Source of the DNA: Reclinomonas americana ATCC 50394
Lineage: Eukaryota
Length of the DNA: 64,000 nucleotides
NCBI GenBank assembly: GCA_048213135.1
Contig: PS015009.1
Coordinates: 806,001 to 870,000, forward strand
Reading direction: 5' to 3'
A model generated the notes under the pieces. It was given only the letters and a program-made list of their open reading frames with translations, made no database searches and was not told the origin of the DNA. A program made the translations under genes and the position numbers. Numbering within the stretch: position 1 is the stretch's first letter; every line of letters begins with the position of its first letter. Below, one piece after another: positions 19,041 to 28,957 of this stretch.

Positions 19041-19290
19041 ATAAAAAAGTCGATGAAAATATTTCATCGACTAAGATTGTATTGAAGACTTTGACAACCC
19101 GGACACAGTCCGGTAGAATTAAACGACACAAGTGATCTTGCAGAACACTTGCGCCAGAGAGGGTAAAAATAAAAAAGTCGATGAAATATGTTCATCGACT
19201 AAGATTGTATTAAAGACTTTGACAACCCGGACACAGTCCAGTAAAATTTACAGACACCAGTGACCCGCTGAAACGGAACACTGGCGCCAG
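19041..19290. repeat. Two tandem 128-bp units, each with a terminator-like hairpin plus the REP-like element
   Basis: aaaaaagtcgatgaa..ttcatcgactaagattgtatt.aagactttgacaacccggacacagtcc repeated; aacccgg at 19096 and 19224. Confidence 0.9.
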
Positions 19291-19313
19291 GGCGTTACTT
19301 TTTAAACAAATTG

Positions 19314-19961
19314 CTATTGTATGAAATTCTCATTCTTATACCCTTCTAAAATTTTTTTGATTTTACTTTCTGACGACAGAGTGGTATATAAATAGTACTC
19401 AGATTCTTGAAGATTAGCATTCCTAAATTTTGTAATAATAATATCATCAGAGTTAACCCCCTTTCCAAACGAAGACAAATAACTTCTCAAATTACTTTGA
19501 AGATTAAAACTTTCTTCCTTGAATGTTCCCTTTTTCTTCCATTCTTCATCAAAAAAGTCATAAAACTCAACATTAATCCCCCCAGTAGAATTTGTGAAAA
19601 GAATAAAATTTTTCAATAAGACTTTCGAGCCAGATTCATTGGCTTCGATAATATAGAAGTCTTTTGTTTTATCATTTAGCTTGGCAAATGCGGTCTTCAA
19701 GAATTTATATCGTATTGAGCTACGATTGAGGTCATCCATACTTTTTATAGCCCAATACTCCTTAAGAGATAAAACCCTATTGCTGTAAATACTTTTTTTC
19801 AAACTGTCTGACGTCGCTTCCATTTGCCTATTTAATGACCCCAAAGTAGATTTATTCCAATTTACAAAAACAGAGTCGAGTGACGGTTCGGAAGTTTGCA
19901 CTTGCCTATTAACAGAACAAGACAGAAAAATAAAGTACAGGAATGATATTAGTTTAAGCAT
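19314..19961 (-). CDS. Lipoprotein, putative cognate immunity protein of the main Rhs toxin
   Basis: MLKLISFLYFIFLS-C lipobox; starts 10 nt after the Rhs stop; AT-rich like the toxin tip. Confidence 0.8.
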   Translation of the reverse strand: MLKLISFLYFIFLSCSVNRQVQTSEPSLDSVFVNWNKSTLGSLNRQMEATSDSLKKSIYSNRVLSLKEYWAIKSMDDLNRSSIRYKFLKTAFAKLNDKTKDFYIIEANESGSKVLLKNFILFTNSTGGINVEFYDFFDEEWKKKGTFKEESFNLQSNLRSYLSSFGKGVNSDDIIITKFRNANLQESEYYLYTTLSSESKIKKILEGYKNENFIQ

Positions 19962-19970
19962 AAAAATATT

Positions 19971-22900
19971 TTAGTAAGGTGCTTTTCGTTTAACAATTTT
20001 ATTTTCGGTTCGTATTTTATTTTCAGTTTCCCTTGCTTTAAGTTCGCCATTAGACAATACTCCTTTTTGCTTACTGTCTGGATCCGTTTTTGCATGGTCA
20101 AAATTTTTATCATTCTTACCGTTCTTGATATCCTGTGCATGCCCTAATTCATGCCCCAAAAATATATAGGCAGGGGCTCCTAGCGTTTCGTCTTCATTAA
20201 CTACAGGAAGGGTTTTATCAGCCCCGTCATTTTTTTGATTCGGATTATACTCAATTGAAGAATTACTCCCTGTGCCATCTTGTGAACGCTCAGAATCTTC
20301 AGCTGTTGTTCGATGTTGACCATCTGGCGATTTATAGATTAAAACCTCCTTGTCAGATTTAATTAAATCGTTTATTAAGGCTGTTCCTGTAGCTTTATCT
20401 AAAATTGTACCGTTTACACCTGTTTGTGGTGTTCCAGTGAATTCAACCGTTTCCCCTTTAGGGATATCACTTGCCGCTACTACTTTGCCATTATCAAGTA
20501 GAACTAAATTTGTAGATGTAAGTTTTTGTAAATCGCTAAACGCTCGCTTTCTAAATGCCGCATCACCTGAAATAATGATATCAGTAGGCCCCATTCCATC
20601 AGGATCTGTAAACCTAAGAGGATTGTCAAATGCATAATTATAAGGACTCCACCTCCTCATTTTATCAGCTAACGGATCAACTACACCCCATCTTCCTACC
20701 TGCACATCATACATCCTCGCCCCATAATCATACCAGTCCAATCCAGATCCATCCGCAAACTCCTTACTCTGTAACTCCTTACCATTGTAATTATTCCTGT
20801 TTTCTATTCCTCCTGCTGCCTTACTGCTGATACCCGCCATTGTTAATCCAAAAGGATAGTAATGTGTCTCCTCCAGTATCTGGCTTCTGATATGCGTTAC
20901 CTGTAAATTATCAAAGAACACGTTGATGTTAGGCGTAGTATTGCTAACATAGATATAAAGATAACCGTTCTTATCTATTGGCATATTGCTTTTAACATGC
21001 TCTTTAAACTCCTCGTCGCTGCCCACCTGCTCGAACCCGGAGGAGGAACTCACCATCTTGAACTGCTCATCGAACAGTATCCAGTTTACATACGACCGCG
21101 GACGGCCACTCACCGCTGACTGACTGTTTAAAAAGTTCGTCATACCAGGGCTCAGCACACCACTGTTGATGATGTCTGATGCCGCTGTTACACCATGCAG
21201 CGTATTGGTATTGACAATACCGCCCGCCAGGGCCGCTATCAAATCTGTGAGCGGGTTGACCGGGGTGCCCGGCGTGGTGCCGTTGGTTTTGTACCAGCTG
21301 GTTACCCGAAGGCTGAACTTATCACCCGCCATCACCTTCAGTGTTATGGAAGGACCGATCTTGCTGCCGCTGCCATTGGTTTTGGCTACATAATCATTAG
21401 GACTGGTGTAGGTATCGGTAGGGTAACCGGTAATGCCCGATTTGGCCTGCCTTGTGGCGGGCAGGTTGGCATAAAATGTTTCTTCGGTTGCTGCCTGCGC
21501 CGTTTCCATACTGGCTACGGGGTAAGCGTCTGTCCGTGTTTCTTCGGTAAGCACCATGCGTACATTGCCCAGGTGGTCCTTAATAAAATAATCATAAGCG
21601 AAGTCCTGTGGTGTGGCACCAACTGCCGGTTTGAACCGGATACGCCCTTCCTCGTGACCGGCGAACTGCAGCTCATCAGTGTGGTTGGCCGGGTCATAGG
21701 GGTCGCCGTTACTATAGGTCTCGTACACCATACCACCGATATAGGTGGTTACCTTATCGAGGGAAGGTACACCCCTGCCCCGCTCCTCGTGCACCACTTT
21801 CTGCAGTTTGTTGCCTGCCGCATCATACACATAGTTGATGTTGCGGGCATAAGCCATGCTGCCCGTAGCATTCACAAACTCAGGAAGGTTCAGGTGGTTA
21901 TACGTAATGCCCGGCTGCGCCCAGATGCCGCCCATGTCGGCCAGGTCTTTATTCAGGTCCATGTTCATGTTGCCATTCACATCGTAACCGTAATCGTCGC
22001 CGCTGTTGCTGCCATCGGTAAAGTCGCCCAGTTTAAAAGCTGTTGCGGCATCGGCCACCTTCATGAGTTTATTGCTGAGGTTCGCGTAGGTGTAAACAAG
22101 TTCGTCTATCTTTTGCTTACCGCCCAGGTTAAGACCCCACTGCTGCATCATCCTGATATTGCCGTTCTCATCATAGGCTGTACCATTGTCGCTGCCGTCG
22201 CCCATTTTGCTGGTAAAGTCAACCTCGCTGTTGTTCCAGGTATTGTTGCTGTTGTGCTGTTTAAAGTCGCCTTTGAGCAAACGGTTCAGTTTGTCGTAAG
22301 TAAAATTATACTGACGTTCCACACCATCGCCCTTACTCTTCCATACCGTACCGGTGATATTACCGTTGTACTGTGAGGCGGCGTAGCTGGTGCCACTGGC
22401 CGATGATGTCGTTTTATCATACGCCAGCTCCATACCGAAGTAGTGGGACGTGCTGCCGCTGATGTACTCCTTGTTGAACCCATTCATCCAGCCCCGTACA
22501 TTGTACTCGTAATCCAGGTTCTCGAGCCCCGCGTTGCTGTTGTACTCCGGTGCCAGCGTCTTGCGTACCAGCTGACCCATTTTATCATACTGGTTGCTCA
22601 CCACGATCCTTTCCACGGGTGTGGCAGGGTAGGTGTTGCCGCCAACCGTTTGTGATATTTTCTTCTTTATTTGTTTCACCCGGTTGAGGGCGTCGTATTC
22701 TATTTTGCTGATGAGCTTTACCGTTTGCGCATTGGTACCCGCCACCTGTTGCTGCTGTACGCTCATGAGCGGCTGACCGCTGAAGTTGTACTGCGTGGTG
22801 GTGATATCGATACCACTCGTGATGTTGGAAGCTTTGCTTTGTATAGCCCGGCCGCGGTCGTCGTAAAATACGCTGCTCACCAGGCGGGTCTCGCTGCTCC

Positions 22901-24299
22901 AGTTGCTCTGCACGTTCAGGATCGTGCTCACCGTACCGGTCACCAGCCCCTTGGTCATGCTGCTTTGTGTAATCCCTTGCGCATAGTTGGTGGTATTGTT
23001 AACGGTATAAAAGAGTCCGTCGTTGCTGTTATCTTTGGTAGCGTAGGTACTGTTATAGTTGGAGGCCCAGCCATAGTTATCGTAAAAAGTGATCGTCAGC
23101 AGCTCGGGACTGCTGCCAGAGGGGAAGCTAGCCGTGGTGGTATAGCCAATGCTGCTGGTATTGGTACTCTCATACCGTCCTGCCGTTGCCATCAGCCCGT
23201 CTACGTAAGTCTGCATGCCGCTCTGCCCCGTATGGCTGCCATCGGTATAAAAGCCAGTCATCACCGGGCGATTCAGGTAATCGAACTTGGAAAAGATCCA
23301 ACGGTCGTTACCCCTCATATTACCGTCCTGCGTCAGTACCAGCCGGTCCCACTTATCATATACCATATACACTTCGGCGGCGCCGGGTACTTTTTTAATG
23401 CTCATCCTGTTCTTGCCATCATATTCATAACGGAAAGCCAGTTCGTTAAGCAGGTCGTTGTAATTACTTGTAGTGAGTGTGGAAGGCCAGCTATCGGTAA
23501 CCAGTTTGGCCACCGCTTTGGGTTGAAGTACCAGCCGCAGGTTACCATAATCATCATAGATATAGTAAGTGCTTAACCAGCCGGTGTAATCAGCATTGGG
23601 TGAAGTACTGGCCTGTACTTTTTTAAAGATCACTTTGCCTTCCTTGTCCTTATACTCCACTACTTCATTACCCGCTTCATCAGCCGTATGTATCTCTGTG
23701 AGCAGGCCTGCGGCATACTCACCTGTGATCTCGTAACTATTGGCGCCATTCACCTTCCATATCTTTACATGATCGCTGGCTTCATTATTATAATAGTGTA
23801 CCGTGGTGCCGCGGCCCGCGCCTACCCAGCTATTACCCGCAGGATAGGTTTTTACCGGGCGGTTCAGTGGACTGTTCTCCACGTCGGTATTACTGTAAAA
23901 ATAAGTCTCACCCTGTCCGCTGAGCTGCGTGCTGAAAAAACTGTTCTGCTCAGTAAGCGGGCTGCTTTTCAATGCCCCATCGGTGGTTGAAGACACATAC
24001 GGAAGGTACTTCTGCACCTCCCTGCCCAGCGCATCGTACACCACCGGGCTCACCACATCACCCTGCGTGCCGAACTTGGTAAAAAGTGAACCCTGCTTTA
24101 CCACCGTTTGCAAAGGGCGGCCCAAACCATCCACATAACCCGTGGTTTGCATTACTTCACTTACGGGGCGGGTGCTGAGCGTGGCCGGGTCGCTTACCGG
24201 AATCTTTGCCTCCCAGGTGCGTACATAACTGTTCGTCTGGCTAAAGGCAGCTTGTGCTATAAGGGTGATGAGTGCGACGATAAAAAGTTTCTTATACAT
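19971..24299 (-). CDS. Rhs repeat-associated core protein (DUF6443-type N-terminus) with C-terminal HExxH metallopeptidase-like (M91/NleD-like) toxin domain
   Basis: Sec signal; [12 protein letters not shown]...[16 protein letters not shown] repeats; YDYGARMYD...DPLAD...[16 protein letters not shown] with GHELGHA...[12 protein letters not shown]. Confidence 0.93.
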   Translation of the reverse strand: MYKKLFIVALITLIAQAAFSQTNSYVRTWEAKIPVSDPATLSTRPVSEVMQTTGYVDGLGRPLQTVVKQGSLFTKFGTQGDVVSPVVYDALGREVQKYLPYVSSTTDGALKSSPLTEQNSFFSTQLSGQGETYFYSNTDVENSPLNRPVKTYPAGNSWVGAGRGTTVHYYNNEASDHVKIWKVNGANSYEITGEYAAGLLTEIHTADEAGNEVVEYKDKEGKVIFKKVQASTSPNADYTGWLSTYYIYDDYGNLRLVLQPKAVAKLVTDSWPSTLTTSNYNDLLNELAFRYEYDGKNRMSIKKVPGAAEVYMVYDKWDRLVLTQDGNMRGNDRWIFSKFDYLNRPVMTGFYTDGSHTGQSGMQTYVDGLMATAGRYESTNTSSIGYTTTASFPSGSSPELLTITFYDNYGWASNYNSTYATKDNSNDGLFYTVNNTTNYAQGITQSSMTKGLVTGTVSTILNVQSNWSSETRLVSSVFYDDRGRAIQSKASNITSGIDITTTQYNFSGQPLMSVQQQQVAGTNAQTVKLISKIEYDALNRVKQIKKKISQTVGGNTYPATPVERIVVSNQYDKMGQLVRKTLAPEYNSNAGLENLDYEYNVRGWMNGFNKEYISGSTSHYFGMELAYDKTTSSASGTSYAASQYNGNITGTVWKSKGDGVERQYNFTYDKLNRLLKGDFKQHNSNNTWNNSEVDFTSKMGDGSDNGTAYDENGNIRMMQQWGLNLGGKQKIDELVYTYANLSNKLMKVADAATAFKLGDFTDGSNSGDDYGYDVNGNMNMDLNKDLADMGGIWAQPGITYNHLNLPEFVNATGSMAYARNINYVYDAAGNKLQKVVHEERGRGVPSLDKVTTYIGGMVYETYSNGDPYDPANHTDELQFAGHEEGRIRFKPAVGATPQDFAYDYFIKDHLGNVRMVLTEETRTDAYPVASMETAQAATEETFYANLPATRQAKSGITGYPTDTYTSPNDYVAKTNGSGSKIGPSITLKVMAGDKFSLRVTSWYKTNGTTPGTPVNPLTDLIAALAGGIVNTNTLHGVTAASDIINSGVLSPGMTNFLNSQSAVSGRPRSYVNWILFDEQFKMVSSSSGFEQVGSDEEFKEHVKSNMPIDKNGYLYIYVSNTTPNINVFFDNLQVTHIRSQILEETHYYPFGLTMAGISSKAAGGIENRNNYNGKELQSKEFADGSGLDWYDYGARMYDVQVGRWGVVDPLADKMRRWSPYNYAFDNPLRFTDPDGMGPTDIIISGDAAFRKRAFSDLQKLTSTNLVLLDNGKVVAASDIPKGETVEFTGTPQTGVNGTILDKATGTALINDLIKSDKEVLIYKSPDGQHRTTAEDSERSQDGTGSNSSIEYNPNQKNDGADKTLPVVNEDETLGAPAYIFLGHELGHAQDIKNGKNDKNFDHAKTDPDSKQKGVLSNGELKARETENKIRTENKIVKRKAPY

Positions 24300-24363
24300 A
24301 AAATCAATTACGAATGACTAATTATTAATTACGGTTGCTTTACAACAACTTGACCGGTTTATT

Positions 24364-24888
24364 TTATTCACCGGTATGCTGTACTGCAGTTTGTATAGCG
24401 GTGCCAATGGGACTGACACTGCTGTCGAACAGCCCTACCAGGTTGCCTTTCCTGTCTACCAGGAATTTCTGAAAATCCGTTTCCGCTGTGGCGTCAACAT
24501 GGCCGTTGAAATTCCTGCTGGCCAGCCAGCGGAATATCATATTAATTTCCGGCCCTCTTACCTTCGACAGGTCGGCTATGGGAAAGGTGATGCCAAGACT
24601 GTCACGCATATGGTGCAGCAGTGCGGCACCGCTGCGGGGCTCGGTCCCGAAACTGTTGCTGGGAAAAGCTACTACCACCAGGCTGTCGTGGTACAGTTGA
24701 TACAATTGTTCCAGTTGCACCAGTTGTCCTGCACGCGGACTTGCACTGGCTGTATTTACGATGAGTATTTTTTTACCCTGGAAACTGCTGAAACTCATGG
24801 TTTCGTTATCAAGGGAAGGAACATGAATGGAATAGATGCTTACGGTAGTGACCGCCGTTACCAGTATTGCTATTAATGTCTTTATCAT
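24364..24888 (-). CDS. Glutathione peroxidase-fold protein lacking catalytic residues
   Basis: FQGKKILIVNTAS, VVVAFPSNSFGTEP, TFPI, FQKFLVD align with the GPx at 55856; no Cys anywhere in the protein. Confidence 0.88.
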   Translation of the reverse strand: MIKTLIAILVTAVTTVSIYSIHVPSLDNETMSFSSFQGKKILIVNTASASPRAGQLVQLEQLYQLYHDSLVVVAFPSNSFGTEPRSGAALLHHMRDSLGITFPIADLSKVRGPEINMIFRWLASRNFNGHVDATAETDFQKFLVDRKGNLVGLFDSSVSPIGTAIQTAVQHTGE

Positions 24889-24899
24889 AATTATTTATA

Positions 24900-27800
24900 T
24901 CAGTTAGAAAGTGATTCATACATACAGGAAGCGTCGGAACATTCGGTGAAAGGCCCGCTGGATGAGCCGTCGCTCCAGTGATAATAATAGGTACACAGCC
25001 ACATGCCCGTACAGCATCCCGGCGTGGTATTGTTCTTTCCACACTGTACCGACGACACATACAGTTTCCTTGCCGTCTCGCAGGTACAGTTGATGATCTT
25101 TTTATCTGCCCCGGTGCAAGTGATCGTTTCGGTGATAGGCGGGCTGCTGGTGCTGTTGTCACTCCATTTGTAGTGGTAGGTAACCGTGTAGGAGCCACCG
25201 CCATTATCAGTTACACCGTCACATATCTTCTGGCCGGTTTCGCAAACGCAGCCGATCTGCTTTTTATCCACGCCGGTACAGGCGGGCTGGGTCTCGGTGA
25301 AAGAAGGGCTCACACTGCCATCGCTCCACTGGTAGTGCAGGTAATTGATCCAGGTGCCATTGGAACCGGGCAGACTTTGTTCGCACACTTTAACGCCCAG
25401 TTCGCAGGCGCAGCTTACGAATTTGTAACCGAGGCCTGTGCAGTTGACATTATTGGCACAACTACCGTTCATATTCGCATACAGCTGCCCGTTGGTGGCC
25501 AGGTCGGCAGCCGCCTGTGCATCCACCACGGATTGTGATACTGTTGATACATACTGTCCTGCAGGTACGATATAGGTCACATTCGAACCGGTGAGGCCCG
25601 GGTCGCAATTCTGGCATTGGTAGCTCTGGCTTACCGCGGTATTGTAATACAGCGTAGGACCAGTGAGCCCGCTTGGTGTAGTATACACATACTCATTCTT
25701 TTTTATGGCATTACCATCCTGGTCTTTGATCAGCTGCAACCTGTTGAACTCATCGTACGTGTATGTATTTGTACGGTTATTCGGATCGGTAATGGAGCTG
25801 ATACCCGCCAGGTGTTTGTAAGTATAGGTGGTAACCTGTGCGGCTGGCAAGCCGGTGCGGATATGATTCAGTTCATCACGCAGTGACTGGCCATCGAGAC
25901 TTTGCAGGGCGCTCATGCTAACTGTAAGCTGTGCCGTTGCCTGCGCATAAGTAGCGCCAACGATCTTTGCCACGGGGTACTTGTAATCATATCCCCAGAT
26001 GATGGCATTCTGCACTTCATTCTTGCTCTTGTATTGCAGGATGTTGCCCTTGCTGTCGTACTGGTCGATGGTGCCTTCGGTTTCCAGTGCATTGCCTTTA
26101 ACCGACTGCTCCAACGATACGGGTTCGTAGTTACTGCTGCCAACATGAGCATAATTTGTTTTTACTTCCGATACGGGTATTGCCGTGCTGGAAGGAGGCA
26201 CCAGTTCCGTTTTCACATCCACCACCTTAGAAATGATATTGTTACTGATCATGGCGTTGTAATCGCCGGTACCTGCATAGTCATGAGGATATTTATAGGT
26301 TGTTCTTATGGTTTGCCCTTTACTGTTCAGCGTTTCCGTTTTGGTAAGCTGGTAGTGCTGGGTGCTGCCATAAGTAGAGTTGACCACTGATGTTACCGGG
26401 TTAAGGCCGTTCTCATCATACAGGGTTTCTGTAGTGGCCAGCGGAGTAATGCGGTTGGAAAGCACATGGTACCTGCCCACATCATAACTCTTCATAACAA
26501 CTTGCAGGAAATAAATACAGCCGGATGTACTGCAACCAGGGGATGGCTCCGATGGTTCGTTTGCCGGGCCTGCAACAGCATAACCATATATGGTATTGGC
26601 AGCGCTGGCGTCTGTTTGATAAGTATACTCCGTCTTTTTAACCGGCACCAGTGTACCCAGGGCGGTTTTCTTTACAACGGTTTCCGATATCGGGCTGGCG
26701 TTACCCAGGGAACTGAAGTTCGACATCGGCGCAGATTCAATAGGTTTATTCCACAGCACTTGTGGCGTTACGTCATAGCCGGTAAGGAATTTGGATTCCG
26801 TTCCGCCTCCTTCAAAGTTTTCGCCAATACCTTCCGTTACGGCTGTGTAGCTGATAAGGCTGTTATTGAACACACCGATGTTATTAACGGATGCGGAGTT
26901 AAGCACATAGTATTTAAACGCCAGGACTCCGTCGGCTGTACCCGGACAGGCAATCGAGGTTTTCATTTCGCTCCAGTATACCGGTTTCCTGGAATAGAAA
27001 AGGGATGAATGATTCAGGTCATCGAGAGGACCATAATAGTATTTTTTTACCATTGCCTGGTCTCCGGGATTGGCGGTCGCGATCCTTTCCACTCTCACAC
27101 CACCCACTACCCTTTCTGTAGGAGCGGGTAAAGGCTCGTTGGGCGTGTACTGCAACGTGATCAGCGTAGTGGCCATTGTTCCCCATGATGTCATGGTGAT
27201 TTTATAATCCGTACCTGTTGGCCATACAGCCGGGAGCGTAAGCAATCTATCTACCTCATCACCCGGGAGAAACTCTTCGTCAAACAGGATAGAATTGTCC
27301 GAAACTTTTGTAACCGTCACTTTTCCTTTCACAATCGGGGCCGGCGGAGGAGGAATGGTGCCGTTGGCCCTGCAATTGATGTGCAGTTTTACATACTGCG
27401 ATGTCAGGCTTGGTATATGAAAAGTCCTGTATTTAGATTCAGGACTTCCTGCACCGCTTCCTGTTACGTCGCAGGACAAAATATTCCTGGTAGTATAGCT
27501 TGCGTTGATATCCGAATAGGTATTGGGCTGGTAAAAGAAGGTACTGGTACCTCCTGTTGGATACACAATCTTTTGCAGCATCCCTTTTTGTGCATAGCTA
27601 AACTGCGGTTCACGATTCGCTTTAGCATCGGGGAATATGCCTTTGACCACTTCATCTTCCGGCAACGGAACGAAACTGGTATTTACCCTGCCATTGAAAT
27701 AGCCCCAGTGATCCTGGGAGAAGGATAACCTTGAAGGCCTTCCTTCGGGATCGATATAACTGAAGTAATGCGTTTTGCCTACGGTGCCTGATGGGGCTTT

Positions 27801-28934
27801 TTCATTCAGCCCTACCAGGTAAGGCGTTTTATTATTTCCGGCCCTGTATTCATTGTTATAAGCTGAAGAAGACGTTACAGTCATGTAGGTAAAGTCGAAA
27901 TAGCCTACATTGTTCATTGACTGGTCTTTGAAATATACAGATGTAAGCAGTTTATCGCCACAGTCATCGCGGGAAATATAGTTAAAGGTGATGGAAGATG
28001 AGTTGGGCAGGGTGATAGAAGAAAGCAGTACACCCTGAGTTTTGGTCAGGTTGGTACAGGTTACCGGTGCAATAGGAGGAATAGCACAGGGGGCAGACCT
28101 TACACCGGGATAGTACATGGTTTGTGTGGCACCGTTATCGTATTCATAATCATGAGATGTATAGGTAAAGTTGATCTCTTCACCATTGGGGTGTTGAATC
28201 TTTTTCAGGTACCAGGAAGTAGGTACGTATGCATTGAAGGATTTACCGCAGGATGTGAGTCGCTTGGTGGTTTCTACAGCGCCGGTCCCTCCAAAAAGGT
28301 ACTTGATACCTTCCGTTGTTGTGATCCTGAAGTTCCAGTCGGTGCCGGTAAAATTCTTTTCGATCTTCAGGCCGGTCTGGGATACTTGTACGGGGTTCAT
28401 ACTTCCGTCAAATACAAAACTTCCGCTGATTCCGTCAAATGAGAAGTTGAACAGGTCGGGTTCACTGTCGTAACCGTTTGAGTTTGCGCCAGCACTGTTC
28501 GTTACATCGTGCATGAATTTCCAGCTATCGTAGTTATGATCAAGGGGCAACGAGTTGGGCACCCGGCGATTATTATTCTCATCGGTCAGGCCACGTACGG
28601 TACGGGTTACCACGCCACCTGCATTCAGCGACCAGCCCATGCCCACACGGGAAGCGATCTCGTCTACCCTTATACCGCCAGAACTGTAACCCAGGCTTAC
28701 GCTTGTTCCGATCTTTGTTCCTTTGAGGCTGTAAAGCGGGATGCTGATGGTTGCCGCCCCGGTATTCTTATTCAGCGTAGCATCGCCATACTTGATAATA
28801 GCTGCGGCATTAGGTGCAGGGGATAACACATCCACCATTTTTTCGAAAGTGGTCTCAGGTTCCGATTGCCCGAAAACGGCCACCCCCGATACTTGCAGCG
28901 CTATACACAACGCCAGTTTTGATAACAACTTCAT
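24900..28934 (-). CDS. YD-repeat (Rhs/TcB-like shell) protein with DUF5977-like domain and Cys-rich C-terminal repeats
   Basis: Sec signal; PNAAAIIKYG...TGAATISIPLY, VGMGWSLNAGGVVTRTVRGLTDE, SEPDLFNFSF, QDHWGYFNG, TYTYDEFNRLQLIKD; tail YYNTAVSQSY.C..C...VTYIVPAGQYVSTVSQ...NGQLYANMNGSC. Confidence 0.9.
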   Translation of the reverse strand: MKLLSKLALCIALQVSGVAVFGQSEPETTFEKMVDVLSPAPNAAAIIKYGDATLNKNTGAATISIPLYSLKGTKIGTSVSLGYSSGGIRVDEIASRVGMGWSLNAGGVVTRTVRGLTDENNNRRVPNSLPLDHNYDSWKFMHDVTNSAGANSNGYDSEPDLFNFSFDGISGSFVFDGSMNPVQVSQTGLKIEKNFTGTDWNFRITTTEGIKYLFGGTGAVETTKRLTSCGKSFNAYVPTSWYLKKIQHPNGEEINFTYTSHDYEYDNGATQTMYYPGVRSAPCAIPPIAPVTCTNLTKTQGVLLSSITLPNSSSITFNYISRDDCGDKLLTSVYFKDQSMNNVGYFDFTYMTVTSSSAYNNEYRAGNNKTPYLVGLNEKAPSGTVGKTHYFSYIDPEGRPSRLSFSQDHWGYFNGRVNTSFVPLPEDEVVKGIFPDAKANREPQFSYAQKGMLQKIVYPTGGTSTFFYQPNTYSDINASYTTRNILSCDVTGSGAGSPESKYRTFHIPSLTSQYVKLHINCRANGTIPPPPAPIVKGKVTVTKVSDNSILFDEEFLPGDEVDRLLTLPAVWPTGTDYKITMTSWGTMATTLITLQYTPNEPLPAPTERVVGGVRVERIATANPGDQAMVKKYYYGPLDDLNHSSLFYSRKPVYWSEMKTSIACPGTADGVLAFKYYVLNSASVNNIGVFNNSLISYTAVTEGIGENFEGGGTESKFLTGYDVTPQVLWNKPIESAPMSNFSSLGNASPISETVVKKTALGTLVPVKKTEYTYQTDASAANTIYGYAVAGPANEPSEPSPGCSTSGCIYFLQVVMKSYDVGRYHVLSNRITPLATTETLYDENGLNPVTSVVNSTYGSTQHYQLTKTETLNSKGQTIRTTYKYPHDYAGTGDYNAMISNNIISKVVDVKTELVPPSSTAIPVSEVKTNYAHVGSSNYEPVSLEQSVKGNALETEGTIDQYDSKGNILQYKSKNEVQNAIIWGYDYKYPVAKIVGATYAQATAQLTVSMSALQSLDGQSLRDELNHIRTGLPAAQVTTYTYKHLAGISSITDPNNRTNTYTYDEFNRLQLIKDQDGNAIKKNEYVYTTPSGLTGPTLYYNTAVSQSYQCQNCDPGLTGSNVTYIVPAGQYVSTVSQSVVDAQAAADLATNGQLYANMNGSCANNVNCTGLGYKFVSCACELGVKVCEQSLPGSNGTWINYLHYQWSDGSVSPSFTETQPACTGVDKKQIGCVCETGQKICDGVTDNGGGSYTVTYHYKWSDNSTSSPPITETITCTGADKKIINCTCETARKLYVSSVQCGKNNTTPGCCTGMWLCTYYYHWSDGSSSGPFTECSDASCMYESLSN

Positions 28935-28957
28935 ATTATTCTGATATTTAAAAAAAA

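Noticed and set aside
11592-19290. Integron attC sites
   Set aside because: The element ends in GTT on the minus strand, but the following bases do not fit GTTRRRY, no RYYYAAC partner end is present, and no tyrosine integrase lies in the window.
15830-21136. Diversity-generating retroelement template/variable repeat pair
   Set aside because: Differences between the Rhs copies are not adenine-specific and no reverse transcriptase is present; an orphan Rhs cassette explains the duplication.
24739-24741. Selenocysteine GPx
   Set aside because: The active-site codon is AGT (Ser), not TGA, and the other catalytic residues are also lost.
19971-28934. T6SS effector locus
   Set aside because: No PAAR, VgrG, Hcp or Tss genes or domains are visible, and both proteins carry Sec-type signal peptides.
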